From Callorhinchus milii (Eukaryota), in the NCBI RefSeq assembly GCF_018977255.1, contig NW_024704742.1, forward strand, positions 32,924,001 through 32,988,000: 64,000 nucleotides of DNA, in the 5' to 3' direction. Both the position numbers and the translations under genes were made by a program. Of the stretch, positions 39,157-52,005 are shown one piece after another. The notes below the pieces were generated by a model. The model had not been told where the DNA came from. It worked only from the letters and a program-made list of their open reading frames with translations, and did not search any database. The stretch's first letter is position 1. Every line of letters starts with the position of its first letter.

Positions 39157-39516
39157 TAATAATTCTTGCATTTGATACAGCGCTTTTCACATATTCTAGA
39201 CGTCTCAAAGCGCTTCATAGAATATACTGTAAAGTGAAATGACTGTATATTTGTGGCCAAAACTCAGAAGCCAATTGCGCACAGCAGTATCCCACAAGCA
39301 GTCGTGGATTGAGTGACAAAATAATTTTTTTGAAGCGCTTATTACCCCCGGAAAAGCAATCCACCAATCAACTAACAACGGGTTCCTACTTACTGCTAGG
39401 TAAACAGAGGCGTGTGGAGAAAGGAAATTTGCCCAACATTTCGCCCTGCCGGGAATTGAACCGAGGTCTCTCACTTGTGAGGCAAGTGCTCTAACCACTG
39501 AGTTACAGGACTCCAC
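39157..39516 (-). mobile_element. SINE family A, long form, full length
   Basis: Collinear with 18518-18894. Confidence 0.92.
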
Positions 39517-40491
39517 TTATGTCAAGGAATTTTTTTTTGTTCCAACAGGTCACCTCAGTGCCAGCAGAACTCATGGGAATAAAGAGCATCATGTGTAACC
39601 AAGTAGCTATTACAGTTTACAGTCTTCCCAACTCCACAAAAAAACAGCTCTCTAGCTGAGGTTTAATAACTCCAACGATAGTTCCACTGAAGTCAATGAG
39701 ACTAGGAGACAAAGTACCGACTGACCTGAAACTTTAATTGGTTGCTTAATACTCACTGGCTTCAAACATTCTGTGTTAACAGATCTAGGAAAGAGGTTCA
39801 AACCAGTGTTTCCTTTTTCTTTTATTGGATGTAAAGGTACTAGAGAATACAAACCACACTGAAGCTCCTGGGAATACAATGGGACTCCATGCTTTGACCC
39901 TGCGGGGAGGAGAAATCCAGTTCTATCCAAACCTAGAAAGCTATTGATCGGCCGAGAACACTTCACTACTCGTTAATTTGTGACAGTCCATCATCCAGTG
40001 GTGATAATGTAATTTAGCTACACTTATTCCAGATTTGTCACTGGCTTGATGTTAGAAAGTACTTTCATTATAACATGTCAGTTTAATATAACCATTGTGC
40101 TTATTTTATGCTATCTATGGGACCCATAGGGATAAAGGCAACGTATTGCATCACTCAAACTCATTGTAAGTTTATTGCAGTTCACAGGTACATTCAGGGT
40201 TGTCACCCATGGCTTTATTTTAATCTGTTTTTCTACTACTGCCAACACCAAATTGAAACATATGTCCAGCAAAGAACTCTGGTTCAGTGTTTACTGATCC
40301 TTTGTCTTATTAATATTATCACATAAATATATCAGTTATTTAATAAATTAAAATTATATATGTATTCTCTTACATTTTATGTAACTGTATAATTCAATGG
40401 TGTGTGTTGCTTACGCTGATACTTATAAAATATCACCTTATAGCTTGAGCCAGCATTAAAAGCTACAGCAACAGATTGCATTTATATAGCA

Positions 40492-41367
40492 ATAAATGTC
40501 AGATCTCAGGGGCTGAATGAGCGCAAATTTCCTTCAGCTGAATGTTGACAAGACAGAAGCCATACTCTTTGGTTCTCATCAATATCTAAAATCTCATGGC
40601 TCTCACCTTCTCCACCTACCCGACTCCCCCTAAAACTCTCCGAATCCATACGCAACCTAGGCGTCAGGTTCGACCCCCAATTATCCTTCCTCCCCCACAT
40701 CTGGTCCCTCACCAGCACCGTTTTCTTCCATTTCCGACGCATCGTCCATCTCCGCCAATACCTCACTCCAAAAGCTGCTGAAACCCTGGTCCATACCTTT
40801 GTCACCTCTCGGCTGGACTACTCTAATGCCCTCCTCGCCGGTCTCCCCTCCACTACCATCCATAAATCCAAATCATTCAAAACTCTGCCGTCCGCATTCT
40901 CACCCGCACCAAACTCTGCTCCCCGATCACCCCAGTCCTTGCCAGACTGCACTGGCTGCCTGTCCCAGAGGGGATCGATTTCAAGATCCTCACCCTTGTA
41001 TTCAAATCCCTCCACTCCTCTGCACCCCCTAGCTCTCTGACCTCCTCTCTCCTCAAAAGAGTACCCGTAGCCTTCGTTCCTCTGGGTCTGGCCTCCTCCT
41101 TGTCCCCCGAGTCCTCCGCTCCACCTTCGGCGGCCGTGCCTTCAGCCACTATGCCCCGAGGCTCTGGAATTCCCTTCCTCACTCCCTTCATCTCGCTCCC
41201 TCCCTTCCTATTTTCAGGTCTCTGCTGAAGACCTTTCTTTTCGACCGCGCCTTTGGTCACCTTCCTCCCCCTCCCCCTGGCTCGGTCCTGGGATTCGTTG
41301 CTGTGCAGCACTCTGAGACGCCGTCCGGCGTGGAGGGCGCTATATAAATACAAGTTGTTGTTGTTGT
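40492..41367 (+). mobile_element. L2 LINE, 5'-truncated, relatively young (CpG-retaining)
   Basis: AETLVHTFVTSRLDYSNALLAGLP, LHWLP, FKSLH; (GTT)n tail; flanked by direct repeat tatagca. Confidence 0.93.
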
Positions 41368-41790
41368 TATAGCACCCTCACGCAGGTCATTTAACAGTGG
41401 CTGAGCATGACACCGAGCTGGTGGTGGGGGAGCAGGGAGTGAAAGAGGAAGGTCTTCAGGTGCAACCTAAAGATGGGGAAGGAAGGGGCAAGGTGGAGGG
41501 ATAGAGAAAGGGTGTTCCAGAGTTTCAGGGCTTAATGGCAGAAAGCACGGCCACCAATGGTGGAACGGAGAACACGAGGTAGATGCAGGAGGTTGGAGCC
41601 AGTAGACTGGAGGCAGCGGGTTGTGCGGTAAGGAGGTGCAAGAGCATGAATAGATTTTAAACAAATGTGAGAATCTTGAAATCAATCCATTTGGCAATAG
41701 GGAGCCAGTGGAGCTTGGCTAGAACTGGTGTGCTGGGGGTACAGAGTTTAATGTGGGTGAATATGGGGCAGTGGAGTTTTGGATTAACTG
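41368..41790 (-). mobile_element. Older L2 3' fragment (its tail tip lies at 40465-40491)
   Basis: TPVLAKLHWLPIAKWIDFKILTF on the minus strand. Confidence 0.85.
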
Positions 41791-43711
41791 GATCTGAGTG
41801 GAGCTGGCATGGTGGAGCTGAGTACACCAGCAAAGAGGAACTCCTTCTCTTTTCCAGCGGTGCTAAGGGATCTTTAGCTTGCCCCTGAACAGGTAGACAG
41901 GGCCTTAAGCTTAACATCTCATCCGAAGGACAAGAGAGAGGAGGCTCAGGTTTGTGAAGAGCAATTTCAGAAATAAATATTCCTTTAGGAACAATCAGCA
42001 ACTGTCAGAAAAGATGTTAGAAACCAGGTCACTAGATTCTTAAAAAAACAGCTTCATGCTGCAATGGGAAGAAAGCAAGTTGGATATTCTGAAAGGGTAA
42101 GATCAAATGAGGGTCTGGCTTCATCCGAATCTCCCTTGTGATATTATATAATGTTATGTGATGTGTATAAAAAAGATATTTTGTCAAAATCTTAAATTGA
42201 AGATTTAGGTTTGAGGGATGTGGGTATATAATGGTAATTGTTCACAGTTAGCAATGAAGTGTCATCCAGTTTAAACTTTTAATTCCAAGTTTATCATCCT
42301 GTCAAATTGCCAACTAAAACATGCCTCATGCAGATTCTCGAATGGGGCCCGATATCCCTGTCTCCTCTGTTTTAACAGACAATTAGTCAATTGTTAAAAA
42401 GACTGTAATGGAGTGCACAGAGTTGTGAATGTGAGGTGCTCCTTGTTATTTCTCCATGTTGTTCAGTTCTTAATCTCAGTTCATTCAACAGTGGAAATGT
42501 TATAGAAGAAAGGCACATTAGATAGTAGATTTTGTCAATTTCCACTCACAGGTACTAGCCAGCAGTCAGTGACAAGAGATTAGTTACAGAGTAATGTTGG
42601 CAAAGGTCTTTGAGTAGATTTCTGGGCTAACTTTCTGTTGGAAATGATGTGATAATGTTTCAAAATAAAGTAAGAAGAAGTTGAATGCAATAATTGTAAA
42701 TGAATTTGCATAGACCACATTTGGTCGGTAGAAATCAGTGAATAGTAACAAACTATTCATTTTGGAGTAAACTACATTTAAGCTGAAAAGCCAAGAACAT
42801 TTCAATTGGTTCAACTCTTCTGACAGAGAGTTTTGAATCATCAGACCCACTACATTGCCAACTTGCCTTTGACCCAGTAACACAATAATTAATCTAAACT
42901 AACATATATAGCCACTAAGCAACCAGGGAAATCAAATGCATCAGGCCCTCATTTCTCACACACAACAAAAAAAAGCTTCTATACATGTGTACAAGTGATG
43001 GGCAGTCACATTAGATGTACAAATGGCTGTAATATATCATCTCATTACTACTGGTGATAACTATCGATCAGATTGACATGCTAAAGATTTACTTTTTATT
43101 TTAAATGCTTTTTATTTAATTAACTGGAAAGAATTGAATAATTTTAAAATATTTTATAAAAGTATAATTTACTCCCCTGTCCGAATACGCTGTTTATCCT
43201 CTTTCTTTGACCCATTTATAATAGCTGTTACTCAAAAAAAAACTAAACAAAATCAGCATCTAGGGAACAATTTATAAGCTCATGGTGTTTATACAGCTAT
43301 CTTGCTCTGGTTTATTTTTATGTGAGCAGCAGCTAATGTTGTATTGAAAAGGGAAATGCATTTTTATCCGTTGGCTTTAACTGCCAATATGGAATAACAG
43401 AACTAAGGTCTGTAAACTAACAAGAATGTCTTTTATTTTAATTGGAAACCGATATAATTCAACAAGCCTTCTCCCAGCACTACCCACAACTCTTGAAAAC
43501 ATTTTAAAGCACTCCGGGGTCAACTTTGTAGTATTTCTTAATGGATTTCTTAGAAACCTTCGTGGGATTCATTTTGGTAATGGGAATCCACAGCTATAGT
43601 ACTTACCCAAGTGGTGACAGAAACAGTCTTCAAAAGTATTTATGTTACATAGAAGCTCTAATTGTTGCTGAGGTAAGTTGATGTATCAACTGTTTCATGA
43701 AAAATTCTGTT

Positions 43712-44675
43712 CTTTACTACCGTGTGTGGGGGTTTAATTGTTGGGCATTTTTTGGTGAAAGCTGGGGATTAGATTGAAACACAGCTTAGCTCTGTAAACT
43801 TTTAAGACACTCATTGCAGAGTCATTTTTCACACTTAAATGTGCATTGTAGCACTGAAGAAAGATGCTAAGGATGACAAATTATGAAACAGGAATGTGCG
43901 ATTATTTGTTTCTTCTCCTAAGAATAATACCGCAATTAAAAGTTTTGATTCGTCTCAGATTGGATTTGTGTACCAGCGTTCGAGGAACAAATGAAAACAT
44001 TGAAATAGCAATGCCTCTCCTATAGCTGAGCACACAGGGAGCATTCATGAAACAGAACACCCAAGTACTAACTAAGAGGTGCACTTCACTCCCAGGTTTT
44101 AAGTTGCGTTTTTTNAAAAATCTATAAATAAGATGTCCTCAGTTTTTCAGGCACCAGAACGGACAAAAAAACATATTCTCCCACTCTTAGTTTTGGATGA
44201 ATCTATGAGAGAGCACACGCCCTTGAGGCGTGCCACACATCTAACCTCAGCAAGTTTCAAAGTGCCCATGAATGTAACATTTTACTTGCACAAATTTTCC
44301 TTCACTTTGATTTTTGTGTGTGATTTCTCCCATTTTGCTCTTCCAGATCTAATCCAAAAATGCTTCCCTCTACACACACAGGAGTCACTGTTTGCTAAGA
44401 TGACCCCTTAGCTTTCACCAAAGCCAACAAAAACAACAACTTGCATTTATATTGCTTCCCTCACGCCAGGTAGGGTCCCAGAACGTTTTACTACCAAGGT
44501 GTGTGTGTGTCCAGGATATTTTTTGGTTAAAGTTGGGAATTAGATTAAAATTCATCACAGTTCTGCTTTGTAAATGTTTAAGATATCCATTTCAGAGGAA
44601 AGTTGCCAAGGATGTAAAACAGGAAAGTTTGATTATTTGTTTCTTCTCCTAAGAATACTGCTATAATTAAAAGCC
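43712..44675. repeat. Old local direct duplication (~43712-43945 and ~44486-44675)
   Basis: Shared blocks tttactacc, tttttgg..aaag.tggg.attagatt.aa, aaacaggaa..gattatttgtttcttctcctaagaata. Confidence 0.8.
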
Positions 44676-45545
44676 AATAATACAGTACAATGCAGGATAT
44701 GTTTGACATGGAGCATTGCTGAGAGAGATCAATGTAAAATTGTATTGGAGACGTGTAAGGCTCTTCACTTCATTGTACAGGTCTCATTATAAATTGTATA
44801 ATTGTCTAAGTCGGACATGCAACCGAGACCCAATCAGTTTCCTACCAAAATACGCTTAGATTTTTTTGCACTAGTCGTATTTTACAAGTCATTACGACTA
44901 AATCATAATGGTTTCTTAGTCCCAAATAACTCATATCTCCACTACCTCACTTACTGGTTGCATTGATGAAGTACTGTGTGAAGTGTATTGCCTTTGAAAC
45001 ACTGAAGCATGGGAAACAAGATCATGACCAATCATCATTTCGCCCACAAAATATATAGTCAATTCACTTTACAGTTTATTCTGTGAAGCGCTTTGAGAAC
45101 ATCTCGAAGAAGTGATAAGGCCCTGTATCAAATGCAAGGATTATTATCATGGTACTGTACATTGTAAAGGCCGAAAGACAGCTCAAGGAACTTTACCTAT
45201 TATTTGCTTAAGAATGTCAGGTGGATGTCTGTGTAATACAGGTCATGTAGAAATTTAAATAGTTTTGTTCAATAAAAGAGGCACTGGTTTTGGAAGAACT
45301 AACATGGTGTCCCAAGAGACAAACTTATACATAACTTTCCATAAATCGTATTAAATGTTATGGTCATAACTGTTATGATTTATGGGAGTTTAACTGGATA
45401 AACAAAGATATTTTTACCTCAGGCGAAAACTGGACAATAGCTACTTGCAAAGCTCTTTGAGATATTTCAACATTATAAGATATTATGTAATATGCAAGCT
45501 TTTTCTTTTGCAGTTATATATACACATTACTAACAAATGTGTTTA

Positions 45546-45897
45546 GAATAATACATAATAATCCTTGCATTTGATATAGTGCCTTATCACGTCTTCTAGA
45601 CGTCTCAAAGCACTTCACAGAATATACTGTAAAGTGAATTGACTGTATATTTTGTGGGCGAAACTCAGCAGCCACAGCAATGTCCCACAAACAGTCATAG
45701 ATTTTTTTTTTAGGGCTTATTATCCCCAGAAAAGCGATCCGCCAATCGACTATAACAACAGGGTTCCTACTTACTGCTAGGTAAACAGAGGGTGGGGAGA
45801 AAGGAAACTTGCTCAACATTTCACCCTGCCTGGGAATCAAATCCAGTTCTTCTTGATTGCAAGGCGAGTGCTCTAACCATTAGGCTACAGGACTCCA
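45546..45897 (-). mobile_element. SINE family A, long form
   Basis: Collinear with other copies. Confidence 0.9.
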
Positions 45898-46134
45898 TGT
45901 TTTACTACCAGAACCCAAAGGTAACAAAGTTAAAGCTGTAGAATATTGGCCTCTCTTCACACTTCCATTATTGAATCTGGCCCCTTCCCTCCCCAGACAA
46001 ACCTCTCCAAGCATCAGCAGCTTGCAAATCGCCGTGTCCCTTTAGATAGTTGTTCATCTCAATCTGAAGCTATTGCTAAATTGTTTAATACTGTTCACAA
46101 GATGATCCTTATTCAGTTTTTTTAAGTCTTTAAG

Positions 46135-46520
46135 TAATAATACATAACAACATATCTTGCATCTGACATAATCACTATAATATCAAGCTGTCTCAAAGTG
46201 GTTTACAAGTGATTTCTGTAAAGTGTAGTGACTGTATATTTGTAGATAAATGTGACAGGCTTTTCTGTCAGCATGGTGCCCAAAACAGTGAACGTGAATG
46301 CCCAATTTATGTGGATGTTCGTTGACTAGGACACTGGGAGCTATTTCTTTCTCTCTTCTCAAATAATGTTACAAAATCTTTAGCATCGACTGAATAGCCA
46401 GATAGGAACTTTACTTAACGTTTCATTTCAACTTGGGCTCGAAGATCAAGTTCCAAATAGTTTTCAAACCCACAACTATGATCCAGAGGCAAGAGTGGCA
46501 ACAATTAAGCCAGGATGAAA
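46135..46520 (-). mobile_element. SINE family B, degraded
   Basis: Antisense tail, ggacactgggag, head remnant tccagaggcaagagtg..agccagg. Confidence 0.65.
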
Positions 46521-47989
46521 GTTGATTTTGTTAGGATTCTGTTTCACGTGCTTACAGCAGGGCAACTCATTTACAGTATAACGCTGTCTTGGAAACAAAA
46601 AAATTAAACTCGGTGTCTAAAGGGTCTGCAAAAACAAATGGATACAGTCCTGCTTCCAAGATGTTAGTTTGCCATTGACATTACATCCTACACTTCAAAG
46701 TAATGTCAAAGGCGCTTTCTGTAAATCACGTACATGAGTGTAATGTGCAAAAAGTGATGGAAGCAGCAACCTAACAACCCAGGAGTCAGCCATTGTTTAG
46801 TGCAGGAAGCCAGCGAGTCAGAGCTTGAAGCTAGAGGTACCATACTTCTAACATAGCACAGATCCACAATAGACCCACACTCTAAGCAAAGCCGGCACAA
46901 CTGGGATGCATTCTAACTGGGTTACCTTGTATGTGTGCAGGGGAAAACCTCCAGCTCTGCTTGAGGAATTTTGATTTAAAATCCATGTTCTCTATTTCCG
47001 TTTTTATGAAATAAGCCACAAAATATACAGTCCATTCACTTTACAGTATATTCTGTGAAGCGCTTTGTGATGTCTCAAAGACATGATTAGGCCCTATATT
47101 AAATGCAAGGATTGTTATTATTAATATTCTATAGGTTAAATTACCTATTTGCACCTATATTATCTATTCCCCTCACCCATGTCACAGTTCCTGTCTGTTG
47201 GCAGATCTGGAATTGGTGTAGACATTGGGAAACATTGTACTCTCAGATCAGGGAGCCCCACTGAGTGTTTATAATGTTGGTTGTGTTGATACTTTATTAA
47301 TTCTGAAGGTCCATACTTGATATCATCCATTGTAATTATTCAGCCTGAGAGACGGGTAGAGGCAGGGAGAGAAAAGACAGCTTGCCATAGATTCACTCAG
47401 GAATTTAATCAAAGTTTCTAAAATATGCTACCATTTCCTCTCAAGGGTAGTCTGTGCAAATTATGGAAACAGAACAAAACTGTTCATTGAAACTGCAAGT
47501 TATATTGCTTTATGTCATGAAAGATTAGAGTTTTGTTTCCATTCACAGTTACTGATTGCCTCTATTTTTTTTAAAAATCTACTAAAAATTAATAATAATA
47601 ATTCTTGCATTTTGAAGGAGATATGGACATTCACATTTTTTTGCCAATATCAAATAAACATAGACTATCAAAGAAACATAGAAATGATAGCAAATAAGAA
47701 GGCCATTCGGCGATCGATTGTGTGCTGCTGCTCGCTCCTCCCTTGTAGTCATGTAAGAACTTAGCATTTTACAGTGCCTTGCCTTACAATCCTGAAACAT
47801 TTGAATGTGCTTCACTATTATCACATGCAGTGACTGTTTTTGTGGACAAACCCAGCAATCAGGTTTCACACAGAAATTTCCCCGAAACAATCAACCAACA
47901 GCAACGACCAATTTTACCTGGAGGATTATTAGTCAGTACAAGGATGTGATAATGTGCTATATCAAATGCAAGAAATATTATTAGCTTAT

Positions 47990-48500
47990 ATATTTAAAAG
48001 GTCCTCTCTGAGACACCTGCTTTTAAAACTGAACAGCCCTAATTTATCTGGTTATTTGTCATAATTGTAATAATCCTTGCATTTGATATAGTGCCTTATC
48101 ACATCTTCTAGATATCTCAAAGCACTTCACAGAAAATAGTGTAAAGTGAATTAACTCCACATTTTGTGGGCGAAACATGGCAGCCAATTGCACACAGTAG
48201 TGTCCCACAAACAATTGTGGATTGAGTGACCAAATTATTAGATCATTCCTCTTGCACTAGGGATAAACCTTGTTTCTCTCCTCTACAAAACCTCTTTGCC
48301 CTGTGACCAGAACTGTATCCCATACGCTGAGTGTCGGTTGACTCGAGCTCAAGAATGACTTATTGGGTTTTCAACACAACTGATTTGACAATGTAGCTCA
48401 GCATCCTGCATGCTTTACTGGACAGATAGGACAGGTTGCCTGGAGCACTTATCACCACACAATAAACTCCAGGGTTTTCTCACCAGCTCATTCACCCATG
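47990..48500 (-). mobile_element. CR1 fragment, locally duplicated at ~49897-50040
   Basis: gtgaccagaactgtatccca is the antisense of the Y.VQFWS motif. Confidence 0.65.
48064..48240 (-). mobile_element. SINE family A 3' fragment
   Basis: Absent from the duplicate copy at 49960-49970. Confidence 0.88.
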
Positions 48501-49422
48501 TCAGTACTAAGCAAATCCTCAAGTTTGCCCATAGTGGACGAATTGGAACCAGAGATTTCTTGTTAGTTCTGCTAATGTGACGGAATAATGGAGCTTAATT
48601 ACTGATGTCAGTGAATGTCTGAAGTGGACAGATCACACAACATTGACTCTTTGTGATCACTAGACCAAACTCAAACAGTCTAGGAAAAAAAGCCCTCCAC
48701 CAGACACCTTAAGGAGGTATACACTCACACTTGTCCAACTGTGTTGCATCATTAAAACTATTTGGGCTTTTACCAATGCTTCTCTTCAGTAGCACAAAGC
48801 AGGTGTTGAGAGTTAGGCAAATACTTTAATTCTAACGACTGTCAGAATAGGATGAACGGCACAACCACTACACTTTACTACCAACCAGGTGAAGTAAGAG
48901 TAGGAACTGGTAACACTAGTTTCTTGTTATCACCGAAATTTCCACTCTGATGATAATTAAACCTTGTGTGGATGAATGATTTCCTCTACCCCACCCCCAG
49001 GAATTTCTTACCGGCTCTATTTACCCATGTCAGTGTTAAGACAAAACTCAATTTTGCCCATACTGTGTGAGCTGGAACCAGATATTTCTTGATAGCTCTG
49101 TTAACGTGACAGATACATGATGGAGCCTCACACATCCCAGCCACATGCTAACAATTAGCTGGACAAGGACATCATAACAATAACAACAACAACAAATTAC
49201 ACTTGTATCGTGCCCTTCACTTCGGAAAGACATCCCAGGGCACTATATGATAAGGCACTATATGAAATATACAACCCATAAATATACAGTCAATTCACTT
49301 TACAGTATATTCTGTGAAGCGCTTTGGGATGTCTAGAAGACATGAATAGCGCTATATCAAATGCAAGGATTATTATTATTATTAACTGCAAGGATTATTA
49401 TTATTAATTTATATATTTAAAA

Positions 49423-49895
49423 CCTAATACCCGCACCCTTGCCTGGCTCCACTGGCTCCCCATCCCCCAGAGGATAGAGTTCAACATGCTCATCCTTGGC
49501 TTCAAAGCTCTGTACAGCCTTGCTCCTGCCTACCTATGTGACCTGCTAACTCCATATCAGCTTGTCCACTACCTGCGTTCAGTGAACTCTGGCCTGCTTC
49601 ATGTCACCCACCCGGCCTGCCCCAACATCGGAGGGCGTCCTTCAGCCTTTCTGCCCCACTCTTTGGAACTCCATCCCACATTCTCTCCCTCTCATCCCCT
49701 CCCTTGCCTCTTTCAAGGCCCATCTCAAGACATTCCTCTTCGATCGCACCTTCAGTCATTCTCCAACCCTCACCCTCCCTGCCCTCAAACCTCCTGACCC
49801 CAGCTCGGATGCAAATCCTTGTTTGTCCAGCACCTTGAGACGTCTTCCCAATCTGAAAGGCAATATACAAATGTAATTTGTTGTTTTTGTTGTTG
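49423..49895 (+). mobile_element. L2 LINE 3' fragment
   Basis: LAWLHWLPIPQRIEF, LWNSIP, FKAHLKTFLFD; flanked by direct repeat ttaaaa. Confidence 0.92.
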
Positions 49896-51309
49896 TTAAA
49901 AGGTCCTCTCGGAGAAATCTGCTTTTGAAACCGAGCAGCCCTAGCTTACCTGGTCATTTGTCATAGATAATTCCTTTAGCACTGGGGATAAACCTTGTTC
50001 CTCTCTACAAAACCGTGTGACCAGAAGTATATCCAGTAATCAGGGTGTAGGTCTCAAGCCAATCTACAATGGGCATGGGTTTTGCTGATCATGGCATTAC
50101 ACTGCAAATTAACTGGATTCCTGGCTTAACTCAACAATATTAATCATCCATATAGTGTCTGCCCCCATTTTCAGGAAGGCAGTAGAAACGTTGTCCACTG
50201 ATGGATGAATGAAAGAATAACCCTTTGTCTGTGTAGGTTACAAACAGCATTAGCTTCAGACATCATAGTGCTTTCTACCTATTTTCTCTGGGTCTGTGAG
50301 GATATGAATGTTATGAAATCTCATTTGTTTTTAAATTAAAATATTGACATTTGCATCATTCTCAGCAATCAAGTTTCAGGATTAAATGAAATGAGATCTA
50401 AAGTAATTATTGGAGCTATTTCCCAGTGAGTAAGCACAAGGCCTTGCCATCCACAGGAATTAATCAGAATATCTACTCAGAAAATGTCCTGCTGGGCTTT
50501 CAGAGCAATACAAAGTCAATACTGAAATTCTGAAACAGAATCTAATCTCCCGTTTGGTATCTATCAATCTCCCTTCTAAATGTTAATCAAACCTGCACTA
50601 GTTTATACCCAAATCAAGCTGCCCACTAGCAATGGTGAACTTTCTGTGTCAACACATCAAAGGACATTCTGCCCAGTTGATGTCCGGCTGCAAATATGAC
50701 GACCCTCAGTCCCTCCCGACCCCGCCCCACATCCCCACCACACACACATACAGCTCTTCGCCTGATTTTTATGCAACAAATTGGGCCCAAAGCTGTGTGT
50801 GGCCACCATTGGATGTGCCGGCCTATGAAGAGAAATGCTTGTAATCATGTTCAACTCAGTCACTGCTAAATGAGTGCTCTCACATTACCTTTGCAGAAAT
50901 TGCAGAAACCATCTTTTGACTGCAGATTCCTGACACTATCACATTTTAGAGCAATCTCCGAAGGATAGTCAGCCATCACACTGTCCAACAGCAGAGTGGA
51001 CTATTTACTCACTGTCAAGAGAGTTGGTACCTCTCACAAGGGACATAAACCATTTCCAGATGTACAAGCCCCAATACAATTATTTTTGGGGTATTCACCC
51101 ACAAAACAAGGAACATTACCAAATGTAAGGATTATTGTTGTTATTATCAATGCAGCATTGCTGCCCAAGGCAGGCCTGCTGTTGGCAACAGCACTACAAG
51201 TGAATTATTTGGCTGTTTTCTTCTGGGGAATCTTTGCCAAAATCACACTGTTTTCAGGCAAGATAGATAATTTCATCCAACTTGATGAAAACCTACTTTG
51301 GGAATAGTG

Positions 51310-51685
51310 TGGAGACCTGTAGCTCAGTGGTTAGTACACTGACATCGCAAGCGAGAGACCTGGGTTCCATTGCTGGCAGGTCAAAACGTTGGGCAAGTTT
51401 CCTAACTCCAAACGCCTCTGTTTACCTAGCAGTAAGTAGGAACCCGGTTGTTAGTCGATTGGTGGATCACTTTTCCGGGGGTAATAATTCCTTTAAAAAA
51501 TAATAGTTTGGTCACTCAAACCACAACTGTTTGTGGGACATGGCTGTGTGCAATTGGCTGCGCGTTTCACCCACAAAATATACATTCACTTCACTTTATA
51601 GTATATTCTGTGAAGCGTTTTGAGATGTCTTGAAGATGTGATAAAGCGCTATATCAAATGCAAGGATTATTCTTATTCTTATTCT
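51310..51685 (+). mobile_element. SINE family A, long form, full length
   Basis: Head tgtagctcagtggttag, CORE-like block, shared tail. Confidence 0.92.
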
Positions 51686-51699
51686 TAGTGGGCCCATTG

Positions 51700-52005
51700 T
51701 CTTGGATAACACTCCAGGAGAGTGTTGGAGGAGCACTGCACTGTCGGAGGGGCCACCCTTTGAATGAGATGTTAAACCAAGGTTCAATCTGCCTATTCAG
51801 GTGGACATTAAAGAGCCCTTGTTACTGTTCAAAAAGAGCAGAGTGGTTAAGGGCATCTCCTGACTGTTTGTTGGACATTGTTGTGCACCAATTGTCTGCG
51901 GCATTCGCCTATAAAATACACAGTCACTACACTTGACTGTAATTACTGTAAACCACTTTGGAACATTTCAACATTATAGGCGCTGTATCAAATGCAAGGA
52001 TTATT
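51700..52005 (+). mobile_element. SINE family B
   Basis: gcactgtcggagg..gagatgttaaacc..caggtggacattaaaga Deu core and tail. Confidence 0.8.
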
